Under the pieces are notes generated by a model. It was not told the DNA's origin, ran no database searches, and was given only the letters and a program-made list of their open reading frames with translations. Positions 55,239-64,000 of a DNA stretch of 64,000 nt are shown in pieces. A program made the position numbers and the translations under genes. Numbering within the stretch: position 1 is the stretch's first letter; every line of letters begins with the position of its first letter. Source of the DNA: Candidatus Multivoradales bacterium (lineage in GTDB: Bacteria > Acidobacteriota > Thermoanaerobaculia > Multivoradales > J023); assembly GCA_965248925.1 (NCBI GenBank), contig CBDFLE010000006.1, positions 3,401,040-3,465,039 on the forward strand. Reading direction: 5' to 3'.

Positions 55239-55529
55239 CTACTTCGCGCCGAGGGCTCTGCTCTCGATCGCTCTGGCCAAAGAAAAGTGCCCTTCAGTCA
55301 GCTCAGAGGCTGAATCGCCGGGCAGCCGCGGACTCAGCGAGTCGTTCTTCAGGTGCAGCTCGATCGGCAGCTGCTGGTGTTCCGCCAGCTCCAGGCTTTC
55401 GCGCAGGAAGCGGACGGTTGCGGCCGAATCGACAAAGCGGTAATGACGAACGATGGCTTGCTCCGTCGCGGCAGACTGGCGCCAGTGGATCAGGCTCTTG
55501 AGGCCGAGTTGAATGCGTTCGGGTTTCAT
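55239..55529 (-). CDS. DCoH/pterin-4a-carbinolamine-dehydratase-like small protein (catalytic HHP not conserved)
   Basis: 'LIHW…IVRHYRFVDSAATVRFLRESLELAE…PIELHLKNDSL…ELTEGHFSLARAIE' follows the DCoH pattern. RBS GGAGGG before ATG 55529. The IS21 end lies 26 bp upstream. Confidence 0.4.
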   Translation of the reverse strand: MKPERIQLGLKSLIHWRQSAATEQAIVRHYRFVDSAATVRFLRESLELAEHQQLPIELHLKNDSLSPRLPGDSASELTEGHFSLARAIESRALGAK

Positions 55530-55909
55530 CGCGATCCCTCCTTCGAGGTGAGAGTGCCTATTCCGACGAAACTGACCAGCCATTCCGATCGAAACCGACC
55601 ACTTGTCGGAGCGAAGCGACGCTGGCGCTCTCCTCAGTTGTAAGTGTCCACTTTCGCTGTAGCTGGAGCCCTCCTTCCGGCTCTTCTTCTTGATTGATTG
55701 TATTCAAATAACCCGTCGTCGGGGCTGTGCGTAGCTGTGGGAAACGCAGGTTGGGGGGCAGGGGGGCGTTTTCCAAGCGGTTGTGGGAATCGCAGAGCGA
55801 TTTCCACAACCGCGGCAGCTTCCACAGTCCATCTTGGGTCGGGTCCGGATCGGGCCGCAGGCCCGCTGATGGGTCAGGATCGGCGATCGCTTCAGCATGC
55901 TCTTGGATC

Positions 55910-56674
55910 TCACCTTGCCTCTCGCTGGGCGGCCTTGCGAATACCGCCGGCTCTCTTCGCCCGCATGGAGTCACCGTCCACCGCGAGCTTGTAGGCGCCG
56001 TGGACAATGCGATCGAGGATGGCGTCGGCCAAGGTCGGATCGCCGATGACCTCGTACCAGCTCTCAACCGGTAGCTGGGAGGTCACCAGCGTGGAGCGGT
56101 TGCCGTAGCGGTCCTCAAGAATCTCGAGCAGGTCGCGCCGCTCGCTGGCCCCGATCGGCGCCAGCCCCCAGTCGTCGAGGATGAGCAGGTCTGTGCGAGC
56201 ATAGCTCTTGAGCAGCTTCTCGTAGCTACCATCACCCCGCGCGATGGCGAGCTGGCGAAACAGCCTCGGCACCCGCAGGTACAAAGCGGTGTAACCCTCC
56301 CGACATGCCTTGTGCGCGAAGGCGCAGGCGAGAAAGGTCTTGCCCACCCCGGCCTTGCCGGTGATCAGCACGTTGAGATGCTCGGCGATCCACTGGCACG
56401 AGGCCAGGCGCAGGATCTGGCCTTTGTCCAGGCCCCTCTTGGCTCGCCAGTCGATGTCTTCGATGGCCGCCTGCTCGCGCAGCTTGGCTTTTCGCAACCG
56501 CGCTATCAAGCGGCGGCTGGATCGCTCGGTCGCTTCGCGCTCGACCAGCAGCCCGAGGCGCTCTTCGAAGGAGAGCTCTGAGACATCGACCATCGACAGC
56601 TGCTCCTCAAAGGCTTTGGCCATACCGTGGAGCTTGAGCGCGGCGAGTTGATCGAGCGTCGCGTGCCTCAGCAT
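55910..56674 (-). CDS. istB: IS21-family helper ATPase IstB
   Basis: 'GKAGVGKTFLACAFAHKACREG' Walker A. Start overlaps the istA stop (ATGCTGA). Confidence 0.9.
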   Translation of the reverse strand: MLRHATLDQLAALKLHGMAKAFEEQLSMVDVSELSFEERLGLLVEREATERSSRRLIARLRKAKLREQAAIEDIDWRAKRGLDKGQILRLASCQWIAEHLNVLITGKAGVGKTFLACAFAHKACREGYTALYLRVPRLFRQLAIARGDGSYEKLLKSYARTDLLILDDWGLAPIGASERRDLLEILEDRYGNRSTLVTSQLPVESWYEVIGDPTLADAILDRIVHGAYKLAVDGDSMRAKRAGGIRKAAQREAR

Positions 56675-58242
56675 GGCGGCGTCTCCTCGCGGCGCGCGGC
56701 ACTGTAGTAGCTGGCGCCGCGGACGTTGCGGTGCTCGATCGGCGCCGTCACTTCGGTGGGCTCGGGCGCTGCTTGCTGGTCCAGGCCGCTCTTCAGGATC
56801 GACTTCACGCTCTTGTAGGACAGGCCGTGAATGGCGAGCGCGCGGCGGCACGCAGCCTCCAAACGATTGGCACCATAGGTCTTGCCCAGGCGCATCAGCC
56901 CCAGACACGAGCGAAAGCCGTGCTGAGGATGGGAGCGGTTAAGCATGATGGTCTCCACCAGTTCGGCCGTCGCCTGGCCTGTTTTCGCCGCCCAGCTGAT
57001 CAGCCGTGTCGGTGTCCACTCCAGGTACGCCTGGTGCGCTTTGGGCATGTGCTCGCTCTGGGTCGTGTGCCGACCCCGACACCGATTGCGACGATGAGCA
57101 GCCACACGCTTGCCGCGATCGAGCACCTCCACCAGTTGCGCCGTCGCCCGCAGATCGAGCTGCTTCTTGATCAGCTGGTACGGCACACTGTAATAGTGGC
57201 CCTCGAACTCGACGTGGTAGTCCGGGGCAACGCGTACCTTCTTCCATTCGGCAAGCTCGTAGGGCTGGAGCGGCAAAGCACCCAGAGCAGGACGATCGAC
57301 CTGCTCGAACAGCGCTCGGCGCGAGACGCCCAACACCTTCAGCGGACGGTCGTTAAGCTCGACCAGAAGCTTCGCGATGCTCTCGTTGAGCTCTCGCAGG
57401 CTGAAGAACTGCTGGTTACGCAGCCGGGCCAGAATCCAGCGCTCCACTTGCAATACACCGTTTTCGACCTTCGCCTTGTCTTGGGGCTTCCTCACCCGCG
57501 CCGGCACCACCGCCACGCCGTAGTGCTCGGCCAACTCCGCGTAGGTGCGATTGATCTCCGGCTCGTAGCGGCACGGGCTGGTCACGCCGCTCTTCAGATT
57601 GTCCGGCACCACCAGCTCGCTCACCCCGCCCAGAGCCGCGAAGGTCCGCACATGAGAGCCGATCCAGTCCTCCAGGCCCTGGCTCCACGTTGATTCGGCA
57701 TAGGTGTAGTTGCTCGCCCCCAGCACCGCCACGAAGATCTGCGCTTCGCGCGCTTTGCCAGTCGCCGGGTCGATCACCCTCACGGTCTGTCCGGCATAGT
57801 CGACGAACAGCTTCTCGCCCGCCCGGTAGGCTTGGCGCAGGCACACATCCAGGCGCCCTTCCCAGATCCGGTACAGCTGACAGAAGCGGCTGAGACCGTA
57901 GCCGTCAGGATGGTCCTCCCGGTACTCCTGCCACAGCAGCGACAGGGTTACGCACTTCTTCTTCAGCTCGCCATGCACCTTGGTCCAGTCGGGCAAGGCT
58001 CGCTGACCACCCCTCCGAAGCGGCTGCGGCCGAGGGTACAGGCGTTGCTCCAGCTCAGCGTCGCTCAAAGCTGCTACTTGCTCCCAGCTCAGGCCTTCAA
58101 CCTTGGCTCGCAGCAGGTAGTTGCACACCGTCACGTGGCCCAGCCGAACCGACCGTCCGATCTGGCGGTGCGACAGGCCATGCTGCCATTTCAGTCTCAG
58201 TACCTCGCGTATCTTGCGCATCGATGTCCTCACTCTCGGCAT
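56668..58242 (-). CDS. istA: IS21-family transposase IstA
   Basis: N-terminal HTH 'MRKIREVLRLKWQHGLSHRQIGRS' and DDE integrase core. 524 aa. Confidence 0.9.
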   Translation of the reverse strand: MPRVRTSMRKIREVLRLKWQHGLSHRQIGRSVRLGHVTVCNYLLRAKVEGLSWEQVAALSDAELEQRLYPRPQPLRRGGQRALPDWTKVHGELKKKCVTLSLLWQEYREDHPDGYGLSRFCQLYRIWEGRLDVCLRQAYRAGEKLFVDYAGQTVRVIDPATGKAREAQIFVAVLGASNYTYAESTWSQGLEDWIGSHVRTFAALGGVSELVVPDNLKSGVTSPCRYEPEINRTYAELAEHYGVAVVPARVRKPQDKAKVENGVLQVERWILARLRNQQFFSLRELNESIAKLLVELNDRPLKVLGVSRRALFEQVDRPALGALPLQPYELAEWKKVRVAPDYHVEFEGHYYSVPYQLIKKQLDLRATAQLVEVLDRGKRVAAHRRNRCRGRHTTQSEHMPKAHQAYLEWTPTRLISWAAKTGQATAELVETIMLNRSHPQHGFRSCLGLMRLGKTYGANRLEAACRRALAIHGLSYKSVKSILKSGLDQQAAPEPTEVTAPIEHRNVRGASYYSAARREETPPC

Positions 58243-58554
58243 CCAATCCTCCTTTCAAGGAGGCTGGAATACCCCAATTGTGAGGAGCGCGCTACCGTCG
58301 AACTCCGCCGTGGCCAGGATTCCGATCCAATCTGACCACCCATTCCGATCGACCCGGAAAAGTGGTCACTTTCGATCGGAATCGATGGTCAGATTCCGTT
58401 GGAATCACTGGTCACTTTCAATCGGAATCGGTGGTCGGATTCCGTCGGTGCAGGCAGTGAGAGATAGAAAAAGTACCTCCGGACCGGCGACAGCAATCTC
58501 CAGCCCGGAGGGGGGAGGGACGCGGGCACCCACCTTCAGTAGTTGCCCGCTCCC

Positions 58555-58827
58555 TCAAGAGGGATCGAGGGACCGCGCGAACTCAATCTCCTTCGCATCG
58601 ACCTGGACCGCCACCCGCGAACCACAGACAACGATGCCCGGCAGCAGGCCGGCCCGCTCGCCGAGGAACGACACCAACTCGACAAAATCCAGCGCTTCGC
58701 GCCAGCTGATGAAGGCGTAGTACTTGTGAATGAACGCCTCATCCCGTGCCGTGCGAAACCAGCCGGGAGGGGGGTTGGGAACTGGAGTTGAGCTGGAGGT
58801 CTTGCATGGCGATCTCGGCGTCAACAA
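58555..58827 (-). CDS. second DCoH-like small protein, paralogous to 55239-55529
   Basis: 'PGWF…AFIHKYYAFISWREALDFVELVSFLGERAGLLPGIVVCGSRVAVQVDAKEIEFA' aligns with the other DCoH-like ORF (HKYYAFIS ~ RHYRFVDS; FVELVSFLGERAGLLP ~ FLRESLELAEHQQLP). Confidence 0.35.
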   Translation of the reverse strand: MLTPRSPCKTSSSTPVPNPPPGWFRTARDEAFIHKYYAFISWREALDFVELVSFLGERAGLLPGIVVCGSRVAVQVDAKEIEFARSLDPS

Positions 58828-59122
58828 CCGGCCTTGAACGGCGGTCGTTCTTGCTGTCGAAATCCTCTGCTGTGGCGCCGCCTGAGTCAGCGGAGACTCT
58901 TTCCCAAGGTGGCCGTCAGCATTGGGAGTACCGGAATCCCAGGCTTCACTCCTGTGACCTAGATCGCAGTTTGAAGTCGCAATCTGGCTGCCCCCTTCTC
59001 ATTTTGGCAGCGCAATGTGGCGCTTGAGTCGCCAGGGTTCCCCCAACCGGGTCGGACAATCGGGTCATGCGGACTCGGTTTGTGCCAACCGGTAGAAGGA
59101 GTTAACTATGGGGAATTCAACT

Positions 59123-60181
59123 TCAGGTGGCGGGCGAAGCGAAGGGCCGAGACAGGGATGGGCAGATTTCGTCGCTTGCGGGTTTGCTGCAGGCAGATTG
59201 TTCCGGGGTGGTTGCTTTCTCTAGCAATGCTAGTGCCTTGCTGGCTTCGCGATCGATTTTGAGCTTCAGGAGGATAGGCAAGGCTTCGGCCAAGGCGCTC
59301 TTGACCTTTGAGTAGCGGCCTTGATCGTCGTAGAGGATTGCAAGATCCAGAGCCACTCCGGCACGAGAGCCGATATCGCCACAGCGCCGAAAACCTTCGC
59401 AGGCTAACGTCAGAAGGGCCTCTGCCTCGGTCGGAACACCCTCGGCACTGGCGACGAGACCGTCCACCCAATCCAGCGATGGGAAGACGGACAGGTCGGA
59501 GAGACTACCGGCAATCTTTTTGGCACGATCTACGGTCGAGCGAGCCAGCTCCTTCTGGCCATTCAGAGCCTGGGCAGTTGCCAACAACGAGAGGGCGGAG
59601 AGTTCCAGCCGACTCTCCGGCTTTCTCACCAGATCCTCAAGAGCCTCGCCTAACTCTCCGATCGCCTTGGAGTCACCGGAATAGCAAAGGATACGAGCGC
59701 GAGAGATACGCGCTTGGACGTATCGATGCAGGTTGTCTAACTCGCGGAAGATCGGCACCGCCAAGGCGGCTAGATCGAGTGCCTCCTGGAAACGTCGCTG
59801 ATCGAGGCGTAAGGCAGACCGATAGTCTAGGATCTCGGCCTTGACGAAAAGTGCGCTCTTTCCAGATCGATATCCCAACTCGATCTCCGCTTGATGGAAA
59901 GCCTGCTCGGCGCCGGGAAACTCCAGGGCCAGGCGACGGGCATTGCCGATCCAGGCCCCGGCTTGGGCGCGCAAGATGCGGGCGTCGTCTTCCAGAATCT
60001 CGGTACTGACATTGACACTGTCAAGTGCCATGAGCGCGATATCGACCCCTCGTTGGCGGTCCTTACGGCCCTCTTCTCGACTCTTGCGCAGCAGCACGTC
60101 GAAAAACGCTCTAGTGTGAAACGCAACGCGGCTCACCCGTTGCGCTGCCGATCCGGCGACTGTTCGGCAATCTCCCGCCAC
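59123..60181 (-). CDS. TPR-like helical-repeat protein, hypothetical (true start probably downstream of 60181)
   Basis: Repeated amphipathic helix pairs. Overlaps the AraC-type gene by 49 nt. Confidence 0.45.
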   Translation of the reverse strand: MAGDCRTVAGSAAQRVSRVAFHTRAFFDVLLRKSREEGRKDRQRGVDIALMALDSVNVSTEILEDDARILRAQAGAWIGNARRLALEFPGAEQAFHQAEIELGYRSGKSALFVKAEILDYRSALRLDQRRFQEALDLAALAVPIFRELDNLHRYVQARISRARILCYSGDSKAIGELGEALEDLVRKPESRLELSALSLLATAQALNGQKELARSTVDRAKKIAGSLSDLSVFPSLDWVDGLVASAEGVPTEAEALLTLACEGFRRCGDIGSRAGVALDLAILYDDQGRYSKVKSALAEALPILLKLKIDREASKALALLEKATTPEQSACSKPASDEICPSLSRPFASPAT

Positions 60182-60816
60182 AGCTCAGCGGCCATGATTC
60201 GTTCGTATTCACGCCCGTCATCGTACTCCACGCGGGGCTGGGATTCGTCGTCTGAATCGGCTGATCTGTGCCCCAGAGCCCGGGGGTAAATAGCTTGTAG
60301 ATACTGGCCGAGTTGCTGCTGCTCCTGCTCGTCGATCTGACCGAGCACCGCTCGGCGCAAGAACGCCTTGTCCAGGATCTTCTCTGGCGATACCTCGGGG
60401 GAGCGCGAACTTGCCTTCGCCAGCGCGCGGACGGCTGAAGGATGGGTGCCATCCCAGGTGCTGAAAGCTCGGGAGAAGCTCGCCGACCGACCATACCCGA
60501 CCAAATCAGAGATTTTCGCCACCGGCAAGTCTGTGTGCAGCAGCAGTCGTTTGGCGGTTTCTAGACGCTTGCCTCGGATGTAGTCCCCCAGCGGCACTCC
60601 CACCGATCTGGCAAACTCACCGCTCACCGACTTGTCCGAGATGCCACAGTCCCGCCGCAGTTGCTGGACATTCAAGCCGGGATCGAAGAGATACTCTTTC
60701 AGATGCGCCAGCAACTGCTGGGGCCTTCCTTTGGCCTCCGCCAAGTCACTTCTGATCTGCTCCAGACTGGCTTCGGCAGCGTCATTGAGCAAGTTGTGGT
60801 CTTGGTCGAGTCCCAT
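60133..60816 (-). CDS. AraC-family transcriptional regulator (N-terminal HTH_18 domain, short C-terminal extension)
   Basis: 'AKISDLVGYGRSASFSRAFSTWDGTHPSAVR' is a canonical AraC second HTH. Confidence 0.75.
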   Translation of the reverse strand: MGLDQDHNLLNDAAEASLEQIRSDLAEAKGRPQQLLAHLKEYLFDPGLNVQQLRRDCGISDKSVSGEFARSVGVPLGDYIRGKRLETAKRLLLHTDLPVAKISDLVGYGRSASFSRAFSTWDGTHPSAVRALAKASSRSPEVSPEKILDKAFLRRAVLGQIDEQEQQQLGQYLQAIYPRALGHRSADSDDESQPRVEYDDGREYERIMAAELWREIAEQSPDRQRNG

Positions 60817-61194
60817 GCTGCTCCTCCCCAGGATTGCGATATCTTTGCAGTTGCGCGACCTACCTTACCAGAAGCCTTGCCCTTCCAATCTGCGCTTTCG
60901 AGCCCTCTAGAGCGACGCCGGCCAGCCATCCTCCGTCGCTGCTCGACTTCTCATTTCGGCGTAGCATTTCGCCGGTGGCTTCTCATTCTGAATGTGCAAT
61001 GTGGCAGTTCGAGAGCTGGGTTCTCCATGCTTCGCCGCAGCAATCCCCTGGCTAGGGGAAGAGGCTAAGGGGGCCAATTCGTCGCTATCGCGGCTATGGA
61101 GAGGGTGGTTGAAATCTCCGCAGGTAGAGATATCTCTTCATTTCTGAGCACTATTATTCTTGACAACAACTCTTCAGCTCCCTATGGTTTTAAG

Positions 61195-62259
61195 ATGCCA
61201 CAGGCACTTCAGTCATTTTTGGGCGGATTGGTTACGGTGATCTTCGCGGGGCTGGGCGCGTCGGCAGTGGTGGCGGACGCACCCAGCTGGAAGCTCGCGC
61301 ACCGGGCGGAGCTAACACCAGACACAACAGGAATTGTCGTCTGGGACGAGCAGACCTTCGGTCTCTGGAATCCCGGCGCTGGCCGGGTTCAGCTGATGGC
61401 GCCGAGTGGTGAGCTGGGCGCGGTGGTGCAATTCGATCGGTTGCTGAGCCCAATCAAGAGCCAGGGTCCCCAGTTCCCGGATCCGCTGCTGCGAATTGGA
61501 CGTCGGGTCTACTGGTTGTCGCGGCCGACAGGGACCGTGGCGGTGTTCGACCCTACGGGATCTTTTGTCGAGTTGCTCGCAACTCCCGCCAGCGTAGTGA
61601 CCTCGATCGCTCGCGCAGACGACGGCAGTGTTGAGGTGTTCGGCTTCCGCCCAGAGTCACTCTATGCCGGGGCCGAGAAGTTCTCTAGCAGCGGTCGCCG
61701 GTCGGGATTCATCCCTTCGTGGTTGCAGGCACAGGTGACGACTTTGCCTACTTACCTGGAAACGCATCTGGCCCGTGTCGGCGGTAGCCGGTTCGAGGTC
61801 TTGGCGCATTTTCCCCATGCCCGGGTGACCCGAGGCGACTCCAGCCGCGTCGTCGACCTATTGGCGACTTGCCCGACCCACGAGTTCCGTATCCTTTTTG
61901 AGCAGCACTACGAAAAGCTGCGACAAACGCGGGGCTGGCCCGAACCTCTCGGTCCAGGATTCGACCCCGAAGGGCTCTTGTATATGGCTGCTCTGGAGTT
62001 GACCGAATTGCCGCAAGGGGTCTTGGCGTTGGTCAATGGGGGGTTTCTAGTTTTTCTGCCGAGTGATCTTGCCGCGTCAATCAGTTGCTTTAGAACGCCG
62101 ACATCCAACCCCACCGGCGGAGCGGTTTCACTCGCTTGGACTGGCCGAAGGCTCGGGTTGGTTCTAGTCGGGCCTGGCACCACGCCGGTCGTAGAGCTGT
62201 GGGATGTGGCTGATCACCAGGAGTTCTCTGGCGGTACTTTAGTTTTAGGAGAGAGGTAA
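61195..62259 (+). CDS. secreted hypothetical protein (alternative start 61096)
   Basis: Signal peptide MPQALQSFLGGLVTVIFAGLGASAVVA. No domain recognised. Confidence 0.55.
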   Translation: MPQALQSFLGGLVTVIFAGLGASAVVADAPSWKLAHRAELTPDTTGIVVWDEQTFGLWNPGAGRVQLMAPSGELGAVVQFDRLLSPIKSQGPQFPDPLLRIGRRVYWLSRPTGTVAVFDPTGSFVELLATPASVVTSIARADDGSVEVFGFRPESLYAGAEKFSSSGRRSGFIPSWLQAQVTTLPTYLETHLARVGGSRFEVLAHFPHARVTRGDSSRVVDLLATCPTHEFRILFEQHYEKLRQTRGWPEPLGPGFDPEGLLYMAALELTELPQGVLALVNGGFLVFLPSDLAASISCFRTPTSNPTGGAVSLAWTGRRLGLVLVGPGTTPVVELWDVADHQEFSGGTLVLGER

Positions 62260-62513
62260 TGAAACGTCTTCTAGCAATCACAGTGCTCATCATCGTCTTG
62301 TCTAGCATCTTTGTCAACGAGACCAATGGCTACATTTGGGACTGCGAGACTCCGACAGCTTGCCCTCACTGGGCTGCCTGCGAGGGAGACATTGTGTACG
62401 CCAGTGGGTGTGACTATCAGTGCTACTACTTCTTCCTTGGTGGATGGTTTCCGGCCGGTTCGGCCAGGTGCTCTTCCGGCGGCGCTGGACCCATACCAGA
62501 TGTCAAGTTTTGA
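62259..62513 (+). CDS. small secreted cysteine-rich protein (84 aa, 8 Cys)
   Basis: RBS GGAGAGAGG. Start overlaps the upstream stop (TAATG). Signal peptide MKRLLAITVLIIVLSSIFV. Mature ~60 aa with CxxxxxCxxxxxC…CxxxC pattern. Slightly lower GC. Confidence 0.6.
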   Translation: MKRLLAITVLIIVLSSIFVNETNGYIWDCETPTACPHWAACEGDIVYASGCDYQCYYFFLGGWFPAGSARCSSGGAGPIPDVKF

Positions 62514-62531
62514 CCCTGCTGATGGATGCAT

Positions 62532-64000
62532 GTGAAGCTAACCGATCAGGCAATCTTGCTGCTAGCTCTGGCATTGGCCTGCGGCTCTGCTCTTGCTGAG
62601 GATTGGCAGGACTTCGAGATCGCCCGTTGTCAGGTCGAGGCGGCGGCTGTAGTTGGACCGCTGCCGGGTTCCGAGACCGGCAAGTGGCGAACAGCGCAAC
62701 TCGGCGGAATCGGTGAAGTTCAGTGCTCCGGGCCGGATTTCGAGCCAGTCGATATCTGTCTCGGCGGTTCCGAGGTATGTCCCCTGGCGGCCGAGCCGGA
62801 GATCGATCTCATTGAGCTACGGCCCGCTAGTCAGCAGCGCTGGCGTTTGGCGGACGGGCAACAACCAACAGCCCTGACTGTCGAGTGGCGCCAAGAGGCG
62901 GCAGCGCGCTCCCACCGGCTAGCGAAACGTCGCGTGATGTCGACGGCGGCCAGCTTTTCCTTGCCGGTGGCCTGTGGCGAGGCTCGCATCCTTAGAATTC
63001 ACCGGCCGGGCTGCTCGCCCCACTCTTTCTACTTCGCGGGGGAGAGAAGAGCAACCGAGCTAGTCCTTCCATCTTGCCAGATTGGTGGCGAAATCTCCGG
63101 CTTGCTGCCGCGGGAGATCTTCGTTCCGCAGAGTTTTCGCCTGGCATCTGGCGAGCTTCTGCAAGTCGACAGCTCGGGTTGGTTCGCGGCTGCCGGGCTC
63201 GCTCCGGGTGAGCACTCGTTGCTACCGATCTATCGCGGTGGGGTCGCAGGGTCGCCAATTGAGGTCGTAGTCAAGACCGGTGAGACCCGCGAATTGCTGC
63301 CCCTACCCTTGCCACCGGTCGGAGCCCTGGACCTCGCTCTTGACCCAGCCCTCTGCGCCGAGACTCTCGGCATGAAAAGGCGGGTGGAGTTGGTGCGCTT
63401 GGTGCTGGCGGATGAGGGAAGGAGCGAAAGCTACGAGCCGCTGCACAGGCTGCCCTTGCCGAACGGAGCATGCCACCTGTGGCTCGAAGGGCTGTCGGTG
63501 GGTAGCTTTGATCTCCGCCTAACCGCCATTGGCAACGGGCAGCCGACCCAGCTTTCAAAGTCTTTTGACGTTTCAGTTGGTGAGGTGACCACTTTGCTAC
63601 TCGGCGACCAACCAGTGGTGGTTGCCGGCCGAGTGGTGACGGTGGACGACGAGCCGGTGCCTGACGTTGGGCTAGAGTTCGCCCGCCACAGCTCGGCGGA
63701 TCGGCTGCGGGTGCGCAGCGACGCCAATGGCGAGTTCGAGGCACGGCTGCCCGCGGCCGGCAACTACTCAGTGCTTGTCCTAACCACACCTTACCTGCCC
63801 ACCCACAGCCTGACTCGCACCTTCCCCCCCGGTCACCACCAGCTCACCATCGAGATCCCAGGTGGTGTTATTCACCTCAGCGTCGAGCGCGCCGACGGGG
63901 CCGAATTCGATTCACCTGTCGAGCTGCGATTCGATCCACTAGGTAGTAATGACCTCTTCGGCGGGTTTCTACTACCGGAAGAGGACAAGGAGATCGATCT
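62532..64000 (+). CDS. lipoprotein with carboxypeptidase-regulatory-like (CarbopepD_reg) beta-sandwich domain; 3'-truncated by window end
   Basis: GTG start, not in the ATG-based ORF track. Lipobox LALACGS. Open frame to the window end. 'VVVAGRVVTVDDEPVPDVGLEF…RVRSDANGEFEARLPAAGNYSV' is typical of CarbopepD_reg. Confidence 0.55.
   Translation, partial: MKLTDQAILLLALALACGSALAEDWQDFEIARCQVEAAAVVGPLPGSETGKWRTAQLGGIGEVQCSGPDFEPVDICLGGSEVCPLAAEPEIDLIELRPASQQRWRLADGQQPTALTVEWRQEAAARSHRLAKRRVMSTAASFSLPVACGEARILRIHRPGCSPHSFYFAGERRATELVLPSCQIGGEISGLLPREIFVPQSFRLASGELLQVDSSGWFAAAGLAPGEHSLLPIYRGGVAGSPIEVVVKTGETRELLPLPLPPVGALDLALDPALCAETLGMKRRVELVRLVLADEGRSESYEPLHRLPLPNGACHLWLEGLSVGSFDLRLTAIGNGQPTQLSKSFDVSVGEVTTLLLGDQPVVVAGRVVTVDDEPVPDVGLEFARHSSADRLRVRSDANGEFEARLPAAGNYSVLVLTTPYLPTHSLTRTFPPGHHQLTIEIPGGVIHLSVERADGAEFDSPVELRFDPLGSNDLFGGFLLPEEDKEID

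Larger units (their letters stand above)
55555..58456 (-). mobile_element. IS21-family insertion sequence (istA-istB) with imperfect terminal IRs starting TGCCT and a 7-bp target-site duplication GTGAGAG
   Basis: Left end tgcctattccgacg…; right end (reverse complement) tgcctgcaccgacgg… with multiple ccgat(t)cgaaa sub-repeats. Direct repeats gtgagag at 55548-55554 and 58457-58463. Confidence 0.85.

Overview
This 64 kb window looks like ordinary high-GC (roughly two-thirds G+C by eye) chromosomal DNA from a Gram-negative-type bacterium. The evidence for that is many lipoproteins, a periplasmic alpha-2-macroglobulin/PbpC pair, an RND efflux pump remnant and sigma-54 machinery. I support about 48 protein-coding features, including one 5'-truncated partial CDS, one pseudogene fragment and one IS21-family insertion with a 7-bp target-site duplication. 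I found no rRNA, tRNA or CRISPR array by eye. The most striking feature is a 13.4 kb co-directional minus-strand cluster at 25507-38929. It encodes a wHTH-NACHT-multi-TM regulator, a 759-aa Rossmann-fold protein, an NfeD/YqiJ-like membrane protein, a flotillin (SPFH) and a giant 1835-aa coiled-coil protein with an embedded MoxR/AAA_5-type ATPase module. I do not recognise this combination as a described system. Other recognisable content: the conserved A2M(yfhM-like)-pbpC periplasmic defence operon; a Ser/Thr kinase-cyclase-TPR fusion; a grx-trxB-sigma54-activator operon preceded by a near-consensus sigma-54 promoter and an upstream 15-bp inverted repeat; a MoxR-VWA-Uma2 operon; and a glycolipid/cell-envelope modification cluster (GT2 + LAB_N, GT-C membrane protein, MoaD-MoaE fusion, SAM methyltransferase, sulfatase-like transferase). 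Two small candidate effector/immunity-like or secreted-peptide modules sit at 15.4-17.3 kb and 61.2-64 kb. A rearranged islet at 54.2-58.9 kb holds an AT-rich ORF, an RND fragment, two paralogous DCoH-like genes and the IS21. All functional calls come from motifs read directly in the translations; no database searches were run.
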